Assembly (NCBI GenBank): GCA_965248445.1 | Contig: CBDFJG010000003.1 | Span: 640,001-704,000 of the forward strand | DNA length: 64,000 nucleotides | Reading direction: 5' to 3' | Source of the DNA: Planctomycetota bacterium | GTDB taxonomy: Bacteria > Planctomycetota > JAJSAM01 > JAJVHW01 | Part shown: positions 40,682 through 50,309 of the stretch, piece by piece | Layout: every line of letters begins with the position of its first letter | Numbering within the stretch: the stretch's first letter is position 1 | Program-made: the position numbers and the translations under genes | The notes under the pieces: model-generated | What the model saw: the letters and a program-made list of their open reading frames with translations, nothing else | Databases searched by the model: none | Told to the model about the DNA's origin: nothing

Positions 40682-42370
40682 ATGCGAGCGCGAGTCGTGG
40701 CGAGGATCACGCTGGGGCTGACTGCGCTCGCCGCGCTCTCCAGCGGCCTTCCCGCCGCCGCATCCGACGCGCCGCGCCCGCTGCTGGATGCCGCCGATGC
40801 CGCGCGGGCCGAACTGCCGGACCCGAACGACCGCCCGTATCTCGGGGTCGTCACCGTGAACGAGCGGCGCGGCCTGCGCGTCCGCCGCGTGATGCCCGAC
40901 AGCGCCGCGGAGTCGGCCGGGCTCCGGGTCGGTGACCTTCTGATCCGTCTGGCGGACACGCGTCTGCGTGGAGTGGAGGGGCTGCACGACCTGCTCGGCG
41001 AAGCCAGGCCGGGCGCGGTTCTGCCCCTCCAGCTCGAGCGCAATCGCGTGCGACTGACGCGCGCGGTCAAGATCGGGGCCCGCCGCCGCACGATCCCCTA
41101 CTTCCGCGGATCGTCGTTCAAGCTGCTCGTCGTCCCGGTCGCATTTGCCGACGACGCCGGCGAGCTCCCCGCACGCGACGAACTCGGCCGCTTCTTCTTC
41201 GCGGAGACCGGCGCGCGAGGCGCGGGCGCCTCGCTCTTCGACTACTTCGACGCGCAGAGTCGCGGCAAGCTCCGGGTTGTGGGCGAGATCGCGCCGACGC
41301 TTCGACTCGGCAAGACCCGTCGCGAGTACTCCGAGCTGCCGATGGGCGCGCCCCCGGGATCGCTGTACGCCGACGCCGCGATCGCGATCGCCGTGCGCGA
41401 CAGCATCGACGTCGCGGCGGACTTGGACGGCATAGCGTTCCTGCACGCCGGCGAACCGGAGACGCGCCCGTCGCGTGCGCTCTGGCCGCACCGCGCGATC
41501 GTGACCGTGGGTGGCCGTCAGATCCCGTACTTCGTCCATGCCGGCCGCTCGGTGACCGACGGTGTGCTCGGTGAACACTGCCACGAGTTCACGCACCTGC
41601 TCGGCATTGCCGACTCGTATGGCGTGGGTCACGTGACCGGGTTCGGTGACTTCTGCCTGATGGCCATCGGCCACCGCGGCGGGGGAGACACGGGCTCGGC
41701 TTCTCCGTTCTCGCTCTGCGCGCATTGCCGCGTGCGCCTCGGTTGGGCGGACGTCGTTCGAGTCGATCCCCGCGTCGATCAGCGCTTGCGTCTCGCGGCG
41801 CCCGACGCGGAGGCGGACACGGTCGTGATGGTCCCGCTGACCCGGCGGGGGAACGAGTACGTGCTCCTGGAGACGCGTGTCCGGAGTGGCTTCGACGCGG
41901 AGCTGCCGGGTGGCGGCCTCCTGGTCTGGCACGTCGGCGGCACGCCCACGCCGGGACAGGGTCCGTACGGCGGCCCGGTCAATCTGATCGAGGCGCACGG
42001 CATCGACACGTTCGACGCGTCCCTGGTGCGTGCGGACGAAGTGGCATTCCCGATCGAGAGGTGCGCGGAGATCACCCCCTCGACGGTGCCCTCTGTCCGC
42101 TCACGGCGTGATGGCGCGTTCCCGTTCCATCTCACGTCGATCGATCGTCTCGAGGACGGCAGCGTTGCGTTCACCCTCGGTGTCGAGCGCGTGATCGAGC
42201 AGGACGAGCCGACCGCGTACGACGGCGATCTCCCGGAGGAGGACGGCTTCGTGCACCGCGTCGACCCCGTGACCGGGCGGACCGTGCGATTTGTCTCGAC
42301 CCGTCCTGACGTAGCTGCTGACTCGTCCGCCGACGACACCGGCGCCTCGCGCGCCCGCCGTCGCAAGTAG
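40682..42370 (+). CDS. Secreted M6-family (immune inhibitor A-like) metalloprotease with N-terminal PDZ domain
   Basis: Signal peptide; PDZ (YLGV...SAAESAGLRVGD); HEFTHLLGIADSY, FCLMAIG and GLLVWHV. Confidence 0.8.
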   Translation: MRARVVARITLGLTALAALSSGLPAAASDAPRPLLDAADAARAELPDPNDRPYLGVVTVNERRGLRVRRVMPDSAAESAGLRVGDLLIRLADTRLRGVEGLHDLLGEARPGAVLPLQLERNRVRLTRAVKIGARRRTIPYFRGSSFKLLVVPVAFADDAGELPARDELGRFFFAETGARGAGASLFDYFDAQSRGKLRVVGEIAPTLRLGKTRREYSELPMGAPPGSLYADAAIAIAVRDSIDVAADLDGIAFLHAGEPETRPSRALWPHRAIVTVGGRQIPYFVHAGRSVTDGVLGEHCHEFTHLLGIADSYGVGHVTGFGDFCLMAIGHRGGGDTGSASPFSLCAHCRVRLGWADVVRVDPRVDQRLRLAAPDAEADTVVMVPLTRRGNEYVLLETRVRSGFDAELPGGGLLVWHVGGTPTPGQGPYGGPVNLIEAHGIDTFDASLVRADEVAFPIERCAEITPSTVPSVRSRRDGAFPFHLTSIDRLEDGSVAFTLGVERVIEQDEPTAYDGDLPEEDGFVHRVDPVTGRTVRFVSTRPDVAADSSADDTGASRARRRK

Positions 42371-42384
42371 TCCGTTCGGCGCTC

Positions 42385-43020
42385 CTAGCGCGGCGGAATC
42401 CAGGTCTGCGTCCGCCGATCGCGCACGCCGAGAGCCACCGGCCGTCCCTCCCGCAGGTCGATGAGGTCTACGCGTGGAACGGGCGGGTGTTCGGGCCCGC
42501 CGTACGGATATCCGTCGATCCCGTGGCGCAGCACCCCGTCGGGTGGCGTGCACAGGTAGGCGCGGAATCCGGAGCGGCCCGGTTCCGACGGCCATGCGAT
42601 CAACAGGAATGTCACCTCCGCGTAGTCCGCGGGAACCGCCGGATCATGGGCGGCCAACGCACGCCGATTGCGATCCGGGAAGAAGAGTGCGAAGTAGTAG
42701 CCGTAGCTCTCGAACACGCCCGGGTGTCCCGGGACGGGATCGAACTGAACGCGCCGTGTCTTGAGTGCGTCGCCGAGTTGCGGGTACTCCGGCCGGCCGT
42801 CGCCATCGCGATCCGGCCCGTCCAGGCGCGCCTCCTCGAGTCGCTCGCGCAGATCCCGCAGGTCCTCGGCGATCGAGTCCTCCCGCGACAGCAGGAAGCG
42901 AACGCGGAGTTGCGGGATGAACGCCATCGAAACAAGGACCAGCAGCGCGAAGACGATCAGACCGTCCGTGAGCGTGAAGCCGTCCGTCCTGGCATGTCCA
43001 CCCACCGCGCTGCGCATCAC
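42385..43020 (-). CDS. Prepilin-like hypothetical protein
   Basis: RTDG|FTLTDGLIVFALLVLV; DRDGDG motif; 'GYYF...IAWP...GFRAY'. Confidence 0.6.
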   Translation of the reverse strand: MMRSAVGGHARTDGFTLTDGLIVFALLVLVSMAFIPQLRVRFLLSREDSIAEDLRDLRERLEEARLDGPDRDGDGRPEYPQLGDALKTRRVQFDPVPGHPGVFESYGYYFALFFPDRNRRALAAHDPAVPADYAEVTFLLIAWPSEPGRSGFRAYLCTPPDGVLRHGIDGYPYGGPEHPPVPRVDLIDLREGRPVALGVRDRRTQTWIPPR

Positions 43021-44561
43021 GAGGTCGCTACGCGATGGCGCGCGCCGTCGGGCGCTTTGAATGCGGCTTCTCTGCCAGGGGCGTACTGCCGCTTGTCGTA
43101 TCCAAACACCTCGTAGAGAGAACGGAACTGGTTCGGGCCGGACGAGATCTCGACGTCGTGCGGCGTGAACTGCCCGGGATGGTGGTAGCCGGCGGCGTGC
43201 GTGATGGCGTCGATCTCATTGCGGAGCGTGACGACGTAGTTGCGGAAACGCCGCGCATTGATCTCGGGGTCCAGGCCGCGCTGCAGCCACCAGCTGTGGG
43301 TCGCAACGCCCGTGGGACAGTGCCCGGTATGGCACTTCTGCGCCTGGATGCAGCCGATTGACATCATCGCCTCCCGCGCGACGGCGATCAGATCGGCGCC
43401 CAGCGCGACGGCGATGATCGCGCGATCGGCGAAACCGAGCTTGCCGGACCCGATCCAGACCACGTCGTCGTCCAGCGCCTGTGCCTGGAAGATCTTGAAG
43501 ACCCGGCTGAACCCGATCTTGTACGGCAGCGACACGTGATCGGAGAACGCGAGCGGGGCCGCACCCGTGCCGCCCTCGCCGCCGTCGATTGCGATGAAGT
43601 CGGGCCCCTGCTTCGTCTCGCGCATCCTCTCCGCGAGTTCGTACCAGAAGCCGAGCTGCCCGATCGCGGACTTGATGCCGACCGGCCGGCCCGTCTTCTC
43701 GGCGATCTCCTCGACGAGCGCGATCAACCCGTCGACGTCTCTGAACGCCGTGTGGTTGTTCGGACTGATGCAGTCTTTTCCGACGGGGATCCCGCGCGTT
43801 CGCCCGATCTCTTCGGTGACCTTTGTCCCGGGCAGCACGCCGCCCTTTCCGGGTTTCGCGCCCTGGGAGATCTTCAGTTCGATCATCCTGATCTGCGGTA
43901 GCTCCTCGCAGAGCTGCACGACCTTCGAGATGTCGAAGTTGCCGTCCGCGTCGCGCGCACCGAAGTACCCGGTGCCGAGCTGGTAGCAGAGGTCACCGCC
44001 GAGGCGATGGTGCGCCGAGACTCCACCCTCTCCCGTGTTGTGGAAGCAGCTCGCGAGCGCGGCGCCCTTGTTCAGGGCCGCGATCGCGTGGGCGCCGAGC
44101 GACCCGAAGCTCATGGCGGAGATGTTCACGATGGACGGCGGCCGGTAGGGCATCGCGCGTCCGTGCGACTCTCCGACGACCTTGGCGCACGGGACCGACT
44201 TCTCCTTGTCGGAGTGGCTGCCGGTGAACGCATCCTCGCCGTGGGCGAACGTCGCCTGCTTGATGATCGGGTAACCCGTGGAGTAGATCTGGTCGTCGGT
44301 CCCGAATCCGAAGTAGTTGTTCGCCAGGTCGGCGGACCGGTAGATCCACTCGCGCTCGCTGCGGTTGAACGGACGCTCCTCGCGGTTGGCCGCCACGATG
44401 TACTGGCGCAGTTCCGGCCCGATCGTGATCAGCCAGAAGCGAATGTGACCGACCACCGGGAAGTTCCGGAGGACCGGATTCCCGCGCTGGAGCACGTCGT
44501 AGAGCGCCACGAGCAGCAGGAACGCGCCGACGACGATCCCGACGACTCCGAGCCACCCCAT
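43017..44561 (-). CDS. FMN-binding glutamate synthase family protein with N-terminal TM
   Basis: SAMSFGSL, NTGEGG, KISQGAKPGKGG, DGGEGGTGAAP and CIQAQKCHTGHCPTG. Confidence 0.9.
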   Translation of the reverse strand: MGWLGVVGIVVGAFLLLVALYDVLQRGNPVLRNFPVVGHIRFWLITIGPELRQYIVAANREERPFNRSEREWIYRSADLANNYFGFGTDDQIYSTGYPIIKQATFAHGEDAFTGSHSDKEKSVPCAKVVGESHGRAMPYRPPSIVNISAMSFGSLGAHAIAALNKGAALASCFHNTGEGGVSAHHRLGGDLCYQLGTGYFGARDADGNFDISKVVQLCEELPQIRMIELKISQGAKPGKGGVLPGTKVTEEIGRTRGIPVGKDCISPNNHTAFRDVDGLIALVEEIAEKTGRPVGIKSAIGQLGFWYELAERMRETKQGPDFIAIDGGEGGTGAAPLAFSDHVSLPYKIGFSRVFKIFQAQALDDDVVWIGSGKLGFADRAIIAVALGADLIAVAREAMMSIGCIQAQKCHTGHCPTGVATHSWWLQRGLDPEINARRFRNYVVTLRNEIDAITHAAGYHHPGQFTPHDVEISSGPNQFRSLYEVFGYDKRQYAPGREAAFKAPDGARHRVATS

Positions 44562-44713
44562 GCAGGCCTCCTGCGGCCGCCTGCGACCGCCGGGGCAAGG
44601 TACACGTCGCCGCCTGCAATCGGCGAGAAGGCGGTCGCCGCCAACGGCCCTCTCCAGCCCGCCATCCAACCCGTCCGGCAACCCAAGCGGGCAGCCGCGG
44701 CTACGATGGCCCC

Positions 44714-45838
44714 GTGCTGCGCGGGTTGGTACTGCTGTCGCTCTCCTTGTCGGTCGTGTGTGGACTCACGTCCGCGCGCGCCGGCGATCCGCCCGATGGC
44801 GGGGAAGCGGTAGCGCCGGGCGGCACGCCGTTCACGAAGCCGACCCAGGCCGCGGTCGACGACTCCGTCAAGCGCGGTGTCGCGTGGCTGCGCGACGAGC
44901 AGCGGAGGGACGGTCGGTTCGGCACGGGGACCGGTGAGACGGCTCTGGCTCTCCTGGCGCTGCGCCACTCCGGCGTTCCGGCCGAGGACAAGACGTGCCG
45001 CAGGGCGGCGCGCTTCCTCGTACGGAAACTGCCGGACGGCAGGGTCTACGGTGCCGCGCTCGGGGTGCTGGCACTGCTCGCGCAGGACGAACCGGGGCAC
45101 CGCATCATCGCGGAGAAGCTCGTCGCAGACCTCGTCACAGCGCAGTGCAAGAACGGTCAATGGGACTACACCTACCGCGCTCGGAAGGTGAAGCGCGACG
45201 GCGACAACAGCAACACCCAGTTCGCTCTGCTAGCCCTGGCGGCGGCCCGGGCGCAGGGCATCGAGGTCCCGCCGGAGCCGTTCGCGCGGGCGCGGGAGTT
45301 CCTGCGCAAGTCGCAGAACGAGGACGGCGGGTTCGGATACTCAGACCGTGAACGGTCGAGGTCGTACGCGGCAATGACCGCCGGCGCCGCGATGTGCCTG
45401 GCGTTCTGCGTGGCGGTCGACAAGGACGAACCCGCCGGTCTGCCGGGCCACGCCGAGGACGCCGAGGTGCGTCGCGCACTCGCGTGGCTCGCCAAGAACT
45501 TCGATCCGGAGAACAACACAGGGATCACGCGCGCGTTCGGCAACGCAGCTGGGCGGCGTAGCGACGCCTCCTGGCGACACTATTGGCTCTGGTCCCTCGA
45601 GCGGGCGGCGGCCGCCGCCTCCGTGGATCGGTTGGGCGATCACGACTGGTACGCCCGTGGTGCGCGGGTCCTTCTGGACCGGCAGCGGGACGACGACTCG
45701 TGGCGGGACCCCGAACGGGGCATCCTCGCGACGTCCTTCGCACTGCTCTTCTTCCGGCGGAGCACCCGGATCGCCATCACGCCCCGCGGCGGGGCCGCCC
45801 CTGCGATCACGCCCAGCAGTCGCGACGCTAGCAAGTAG
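44714..45838 (+). CDS. Secreted prenyltransferase/squalene-oxidase-repeat (alpha/alpha toroid) protein
   Basis: Signal peptide; QW-like repeats QRRDGRF, QCKNGQW, QNEDGGFGY, QRDDDSW; DNSNTQFA. Confidence 0.75.
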   Translation: MLRGLVLLSLSLSVVCGLTSARAGDPPDGGEAVAPGGTPFTKPTQAAVDDSVKRGVAWLRDEQRRDGRFGTGTGETALALLALRHSGVPAEDKTCRRAARFLVRKLPDGRVYGAALGVLALLAQDEPGHRIIAEKLVADLVTAQCKNGQWDYTYRARKVKRDGDNSNTQFALLALAAARAQGIEVPPEPFARAREFLRKSQNEDGGFGYSDRERSRSYAAMTAGAAMCLAFCVAVDKDEPAGLPGHAEDAEVRRALAWLAKNFDPENNTGITRAFGNAAGRRSDASWRHYWLWSLERAAAAASVDRLGDHDWYARGARVLLDRQRDDDSWRDPERGILATSFALLFFRRSTRIAITPRGGAAPAITPSSRDASK

Positions 45839-45851
45839 CATCGCTGCCGCC

Positions 45852-47195
45852 ATGGAGACCACGCACGCCGAACGGCGTTCGACTGCCCTGGCCGTCCTCA
45901 AGCGGCTGCGCGAGGCGGGACACGAGTCCTACCTCGTGGGTGGATGCGTACGCGACGAACTGCTCGGGCGGGAGCCCGCGGAGTACGACGTCGCCACGTC
46001 AGCCGTTCCGGATGAGGTCGAGGAGCTCTTCGAGCGCACGGTCGCCGTTGGCAAGCAGTTCGGTGTCATGATCGCGCTGCTCGACCACGTGCCGACCGAG
46101 GTCGCGACCTTCCGCACCGAGGGCGGGTATCAGGACGGCCGGCGGCCGACGCACGTGGAGTTCGCGTCGGCGCGCGAGGACGCATCGCGCCGCGACTTCA
46201 CCGTGAACGGCCTGTTCCTGGATCCGGACAGCGGCGAGATCCTCGACTTCGTGGGGGGGCGGGCAGATCTGGACGCCCGTGTGCTGCGTGCGATCGGCGA
46301 TGCGGAGGAGCGGTTCGCGGACGACAAGCTCCGCCTGCTGCGCGCGGTGCGCTTCGCGTCGACGATTCCGCTCGAGATCGAACCCGCCACGTGGCGCGCC
46401 GTGAAGCTGCACGCATCCGACATCACGCAGGTGGCTTGGGAACGCATCCGGCAGGAACTCAGCCGCATCTTGGTCTCCGGCCGCGCGGAGCACGGTTTCG
46501 ACATGCTCCACCGCTCCGGCCTGCTGGCTGCGGTGTTGCCCGAGATGGCGGCGACGGAAGGAGTCGAGCAGCCCCCGGAGTTCCATCCGGAGGGCGATGT
46601 ATGGGTTCACACCCTCTTGGCGCTGCAGCACGTGGACGCGCTCGCGGAGCGGCCCCTCCAACTGGCGCTCGCAGCTCTGCTCCACGACGTGGGCAAGCCG
46701 CCGACGTTCGTGGTCGCGGAACGCATCCGTTTCGACGGGCACGACCGTGTCGGCGCCGACATGGCGCGGGAGATCCTGCTGCGGCTGCGCTACCCCACCG
46801 CCACGATCGACGAGGTCGTCGAACTCGTGCGCCGGCACATGGCATTCGTGCAGATCCGCGAGTGGCGGGTGGCAAAGCTGCGGCGGTTCCTGACTGGCGA
46901 ACTCGCCGGGCGACATCTGGCCCTGCACCGTGTGGACTGCCTGGCTGCGCACGGGGATCTCGGCACGTACGACTGGTGCAATGACCGTCGGGCTGAGTTC
47001 CTGGCGGAGCCGCCTCCTCCGGTGAAGCTCCTCTCCGGACACGACCTGCTGACCGCCGGCTACGCCAAGGGGCCCGCAATTGGCAGGGTGCTTGCGGCGG
47101 TGGACGACGAGAGTCTCGAGGGTCGTGTGACCTCGCAAGAGGAGGCTCTGGCCTGGGCACTCGAGCATCTGCCACCGCCGGAGGGACAGCCGTGA
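45852..47195 (+). CDS. cca: CCA-adding tRNA nucleotidyltransferase with HD domain
   Basis: VGGCVRD, RRDFTVN, DDKLRLLR, HPEGDVWVH and LLHDVGKP; flexible loop RTEGGYQDGRRP present. Confidence 0.85.
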   Translation: METTHAERRSTALAVLKRLREAGHESYLVGGCVRDELLGREPAEYDVATSAVPDEVEELFERTVAVGKQFGVMIALLDHVPTEVATFRTEGGYQDGRRPTHVEFASAREDASRRDFTVNGLFLDPDSGEILDFVGGRADLDARVLRAIGDAEERFADDKLRLLRAVRFASTIPLEIEPATWRAVKLHASDITQVAWERIRQELSRILVSGRAEHGFDMLHRSGLLAAVLPEMAATEGVEQPPEFHPEGDVWVHTLLALQHVDALAERPLQLALAALLHDVGKPPTFVVAERIRFDGHDRVGADMAREILLRLRYPTATIDEVVELVRRHMAFVQIREWRVAKLRRFLTGELAGRHLALHRVDCLAAHGDLGTYDWCNDRRAEFLAEPPPPVKLLSGHDLLTAGYAKGPAIGRVLAAVDDESLEGRVTSQEEALAWALEHLPPPEGQP

Positions 47196-49216
47196 GAACG
47201 ATCGCGATCCGCGCGCTGCTGCTCTCTTCTGCGCTGATGGTGTGTGCGCCGGATGTCCGCGCGCAAGAGCCGCCGCCGGTGATCCGCGCGCTCGACGACG
47301 CGACCGCCGAGGGTCTCGAGGCTGCAATCGCGGCCCTGCGGGCGCACCCTGAACGGGACGCGCTCGTCGCCTCCACGGTGCGGGACGTCGAAGCTCTCTC
47401 GGCGCTGTCGGAGCAGGCCCGTCTCGCGCTACTCGACATCGTCGAGAAGGACGACGTCCCGTACGCGAACTCCGGTCTGCGCGATCTCGTGCGCGGCGAC
47501 GGGTTCTCCCTCCCGGTGCGGCAGCGGGCAGCGCAGGTGCTCGGCGTGCGCGGCACACTTGCTGACGTCAGCGCACTCGGCGCAGCCGTCTCCGATCTGC
47601 CCGAGGCCGCGTCCCGCGCGCTCGTGTCGATCGGCGGCCGCTCCGCTGAGTCGGCTCTTCGCAAGAGCGCGGGCGAGAGCCCACCGCTCGCCGTGCGCGG
47701 CGCGCTCGTACGGATCGGGGATCGCGATCAGTTGCGAACGCTCGTCGACTTCATCGGCGATGCCGACTCGCGCGAGGAGGCTGTGCGGCAACTGCGCTGG
47801 GCCACCGGACGCGATCTTCCACCAGAGGAACCGGCGTGGCGCGCGTATGCGCGGCGACTCGCGCTAGCCGACGAACTCGGCCACGACGACCCGGAGAGAT
47901 CGCGGAGCGCGGCGAGCGGACTCGCACCAGTCCTGCGCTCGCGGACGAGCGCCAACCTCGAGGACGATCTGATCGCGCTCGCGGGCGAGGAGCACTGGCC
48001 GCTGTTCGCACGAGACAAGTCCGCGCTGGTCCTCGGCCTCGGCAGATCCACGAAGGCGCAACCGACGCTGCTCGCGCTCTGCAAGAGGCGGGACGACACC
48101 GATCACGGGTCCCTCCGCCTCTACTCCGCGGAGGCTCTGGCACGCGTGGGCGACCTGTCCTCCGCGGTCCCGCTGGCGGCGATCCTGGTGCACGACGAGG
48201 ACAAGGACCGCATCAAGGCGCGGCGGGGAAAGCAAGGCGAGTACTTCCCAGTAGATCCCGGGATCGTGCGCGCCCTCACCCGTATGGGTTGCCCCGGCGC
48301 CGTGCAATCGCTCGTCGATCTACTCGCCGGCGACTTCCGCACCCGCATGCACCGCGACGCGTTGCGCGCGCTGCGCGAGGTGACCGGTGGTGACGACTTC
48401 GGCTTCGAGCCGGACTCGTCCAAGCCGAGCCGCGTGGCGGGCCACGCACGCATAGCGCAGTGGTGGCAGGATCGCCGCGCCACGCTGGAACTCGCGCCGT
48501 CCCCGGACGACGCAGGATGGGAGACGTTCCGGGAGCACGTCGCCGCCGAGATCGAGAAGCTGAGCCAGTTCAAGTTCCTGTACCAGAAGCGCGCGAAGCT
48601 GACGCTCACGATCGTCGCAGAGCCGGCGCTGCCACAGTTGGTGGACGCTCTCTCGCACGACGTATTGCACGTGCGCATGGGCGCCGCGGAGGTGCTCGCA
48701 CTGGCGGCGATCCCGGCCGCCGCCGAGCCGCTCGCCGCGTGTCTCTCCAAGGAAGAGAAGTCTCCCGCGCGGACGAAGCTCCTTCGCGGAATCGCGCGAT
48801 GCGCGCGCCCGCGACCCGGTGTGCCCACGGCATCGAAGTCCGTGCAGGCCGCGGTGCGCCGGGCGCTCGACGACCGCGTGCTCGACGTCCGCATCGAGGC
48901 GGTGATCGCGCTGCGCGTGGTGGGGGACGAGTCGGACAGCGCCCGCATCGCCACAGCTGCAGAGAGACCGGAGAACGACGTACCCGCGTTCCGGACCGGG
49001 GCCGCGGCGACACGGCTGCTGCTCGGGGACGTGAGCGGTCTGCTGCACCTGCTGGCCGAGATGCGTTCGGGCGACGTGCTGCGCCGCACGGAGGCGGCTG
49101 CGGTCCTCACCGCCGCCGGGATCGACCTGCAGGGATACGACCCGGACGCGACGGAAGCCGCCCGCGAGAAGGCACTTCGCGAGATCGAACGCGTATTGGA
49201 GGGGGAACGGCAGTGA
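47192..49216 (+). CDS. Secreted HEAT-repeat protein
   Basis: Signal peptide; repeated 'VR..AA..L' HEAT/PBS-like units. Confidence 0.7.
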   Translation: MRTIAIRALLLSSALMVCAPDVRAQEPPPVIRALDDATAEGLEAAIAALRAHPERDALVASTVRDVEALSALSEQARLALLDIVEKDDVPYANSGLRDLVRGDGFSLPVRQRAAQVLGVRGTLADVSALGAAVSDLPEAASRALVSIGGRSAESALRKSAGESPPLAVRGALVRIGDRDQLRTLVDFIGDADSREEAVRQLRWATGRDLPPEEPAWRAYARRLALADELGHDDPERSRSAASGLAPVLRSRTSANLEDDLIALAGEEHWPLFARDKSALVLGLGRSTKAQPTLLALCKRRDDTDHGSLRLYSAEALARVGDLSSAVPLAAILVHDEDKDRIKARRGKQGEYFPVDPGIVRALTRMGCPGAVQSLVDLLAGDFRTRMHRDALRALREVTGGDDFGFEPDSSKPSRVAGHARIAQWWQDRRATLELAPSPDDAGWETFREHVAAEIEKLSQFKFLYQKRAKLTLTIVAEPALPQLVDALSHDVLHVRMGAAEVLALAAIPAAAEPLAACLSKEEKSPARTKLLRGIARCARPRPGVPTASKSVQAAVRRALDDRVLDVRIEAVIALRVVGDESDSARIATAAERPENDVPAFRTGAAATRLLLGDVSGLLHLLAEMRSGDVLRRTEAAAVLTAAGIDLQGYDPDATEAAREKALREIERVLEGERQ

Positions 49217-49259
49217 GTTACCCCGCGGTCCCGGCCGGTTACGCGAAGGCCACCTGCTC

Positions 49260-50309
49260 GTGAGCGAACCCGCCCTCCGGCTCGCGGAAGTCTCTGCTGG
49301 GTACGGCGGTCCGCCGGTCCTGCACGATGTCGACCTCACCGTGCCCCCCGGCGGGAGCGTGGCGGTGCTCGGTCCGTCCGGGTGCGGCAAGTCCACCCTG
49401 CTTCGCGCCGTGGCCGGTCTGACCCCGCCGAGCAGCGGCACGATCGAGATCGCCGGCCGGAAGGTCGATGGGCCGTCGGTGCACGTCCCGCCCGAGAGCA
49501 GGGGCGCGGCCCTCGTGTTCCAGGATCTGGCACTGTGGCCGCACCTGACCGTGGCCGGGAATCTGTCGCTCGTCCTGGAGGCTCGCGGCGTCGCCGCCGC
49601 CTCACGGCCGGGGTTCGCGCTCACCCTCGCAGCCGACGTCGGGCTGCCCGCGCCCCTGCTTGAGCGCCGCCCGGGCGAACTCTCAGGCGGAGAGCGTCAG
49701 CGGGCGGCACTGGCTCGCGCGTTGGCACAGGACCCGCGCGTGCTGCTCCTGGACGAACCGTTGACCGGTCTCGACCGGCACCTGCGCAGGCACCTGCTCT
49801 CGACTCTGACCAAGCTGCGCGAGGAGAAGCAGATCGCCACCCTTCTCGTCACACACGACCACACCGAGGCGTTCGCGCTGGCCGAGCGGGTGGTGGTCCT
49901 GTCTGGCGGACGGGTGGCTCAGGAGGGCACCCCAGCCGAGGTCCACGACCGGCCGGCTTCGCGGTTCGTGGCCGAGTTCGTGGGCACCGCGAGCGTCCTG
50001 GCCGCGGAGCGCACGGGGGGCCGCGTGAGCACGGCTCTCGGGACGTTCGACGCCGATGGGGCTCCAGGCGGCCCCCTTGTTGCGGTGTTCCGCCCGGGCG
50101 GTCTGCGTCTCGCCGCCGAGGGGACGGCAGGACGCGTGACGGGCTGTACGTACCGCGGAGGAGACTGGATGGCGGAGGTCAAGCTGGGTGTCGACGGACC
50201 GGAGGTGCTTGTGACCACACGCGAGGTCGTCGCTGCGGGCACGCCGGTGTGTGTCGTCGCCGACCCGCCGGGACTGGTCCCGTCCGCCAACAGTGGAGGA
50301 GTCGCATGA
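49260..50309 (+). CDS. ABC transporter ATP-binding protein (FbpC/PotA-like)
   Basis: GPSGCGKST, LSGGERQR and LLDEP; TOBE-like C-terminus. Confidence 0.9.
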   Translation: MSEPALRLAEVSAGYGGPPVLHDVDLTVPPGGSVAVLGPSGCGKSTLLRAVAGLTPPSSGTIEIAGRKVDGPSVHVPPESRGAALVFQDLALWPHLTVAGNLSLVLEARGVAAASRPGFALTLAADVGLPAPLLERRPGELSGGERQRAALARALAQDPRVLLLDEPLTGLDRHLRRHLLSTLTKLREEKQIATLLVTHDHTEAFALAERVVVLSGGRVAQEGTPAEVHDRPASRFVAEFVGTASVLAAERTGGRVSTALGTFDADGAPGGPLVAVFRPGGLRLAAEGTAGRVTGCTYRGGDWMAEVKLGVDGPEVLVTTREVVAAGTPVCVVADPPGLVPSANSGGVA

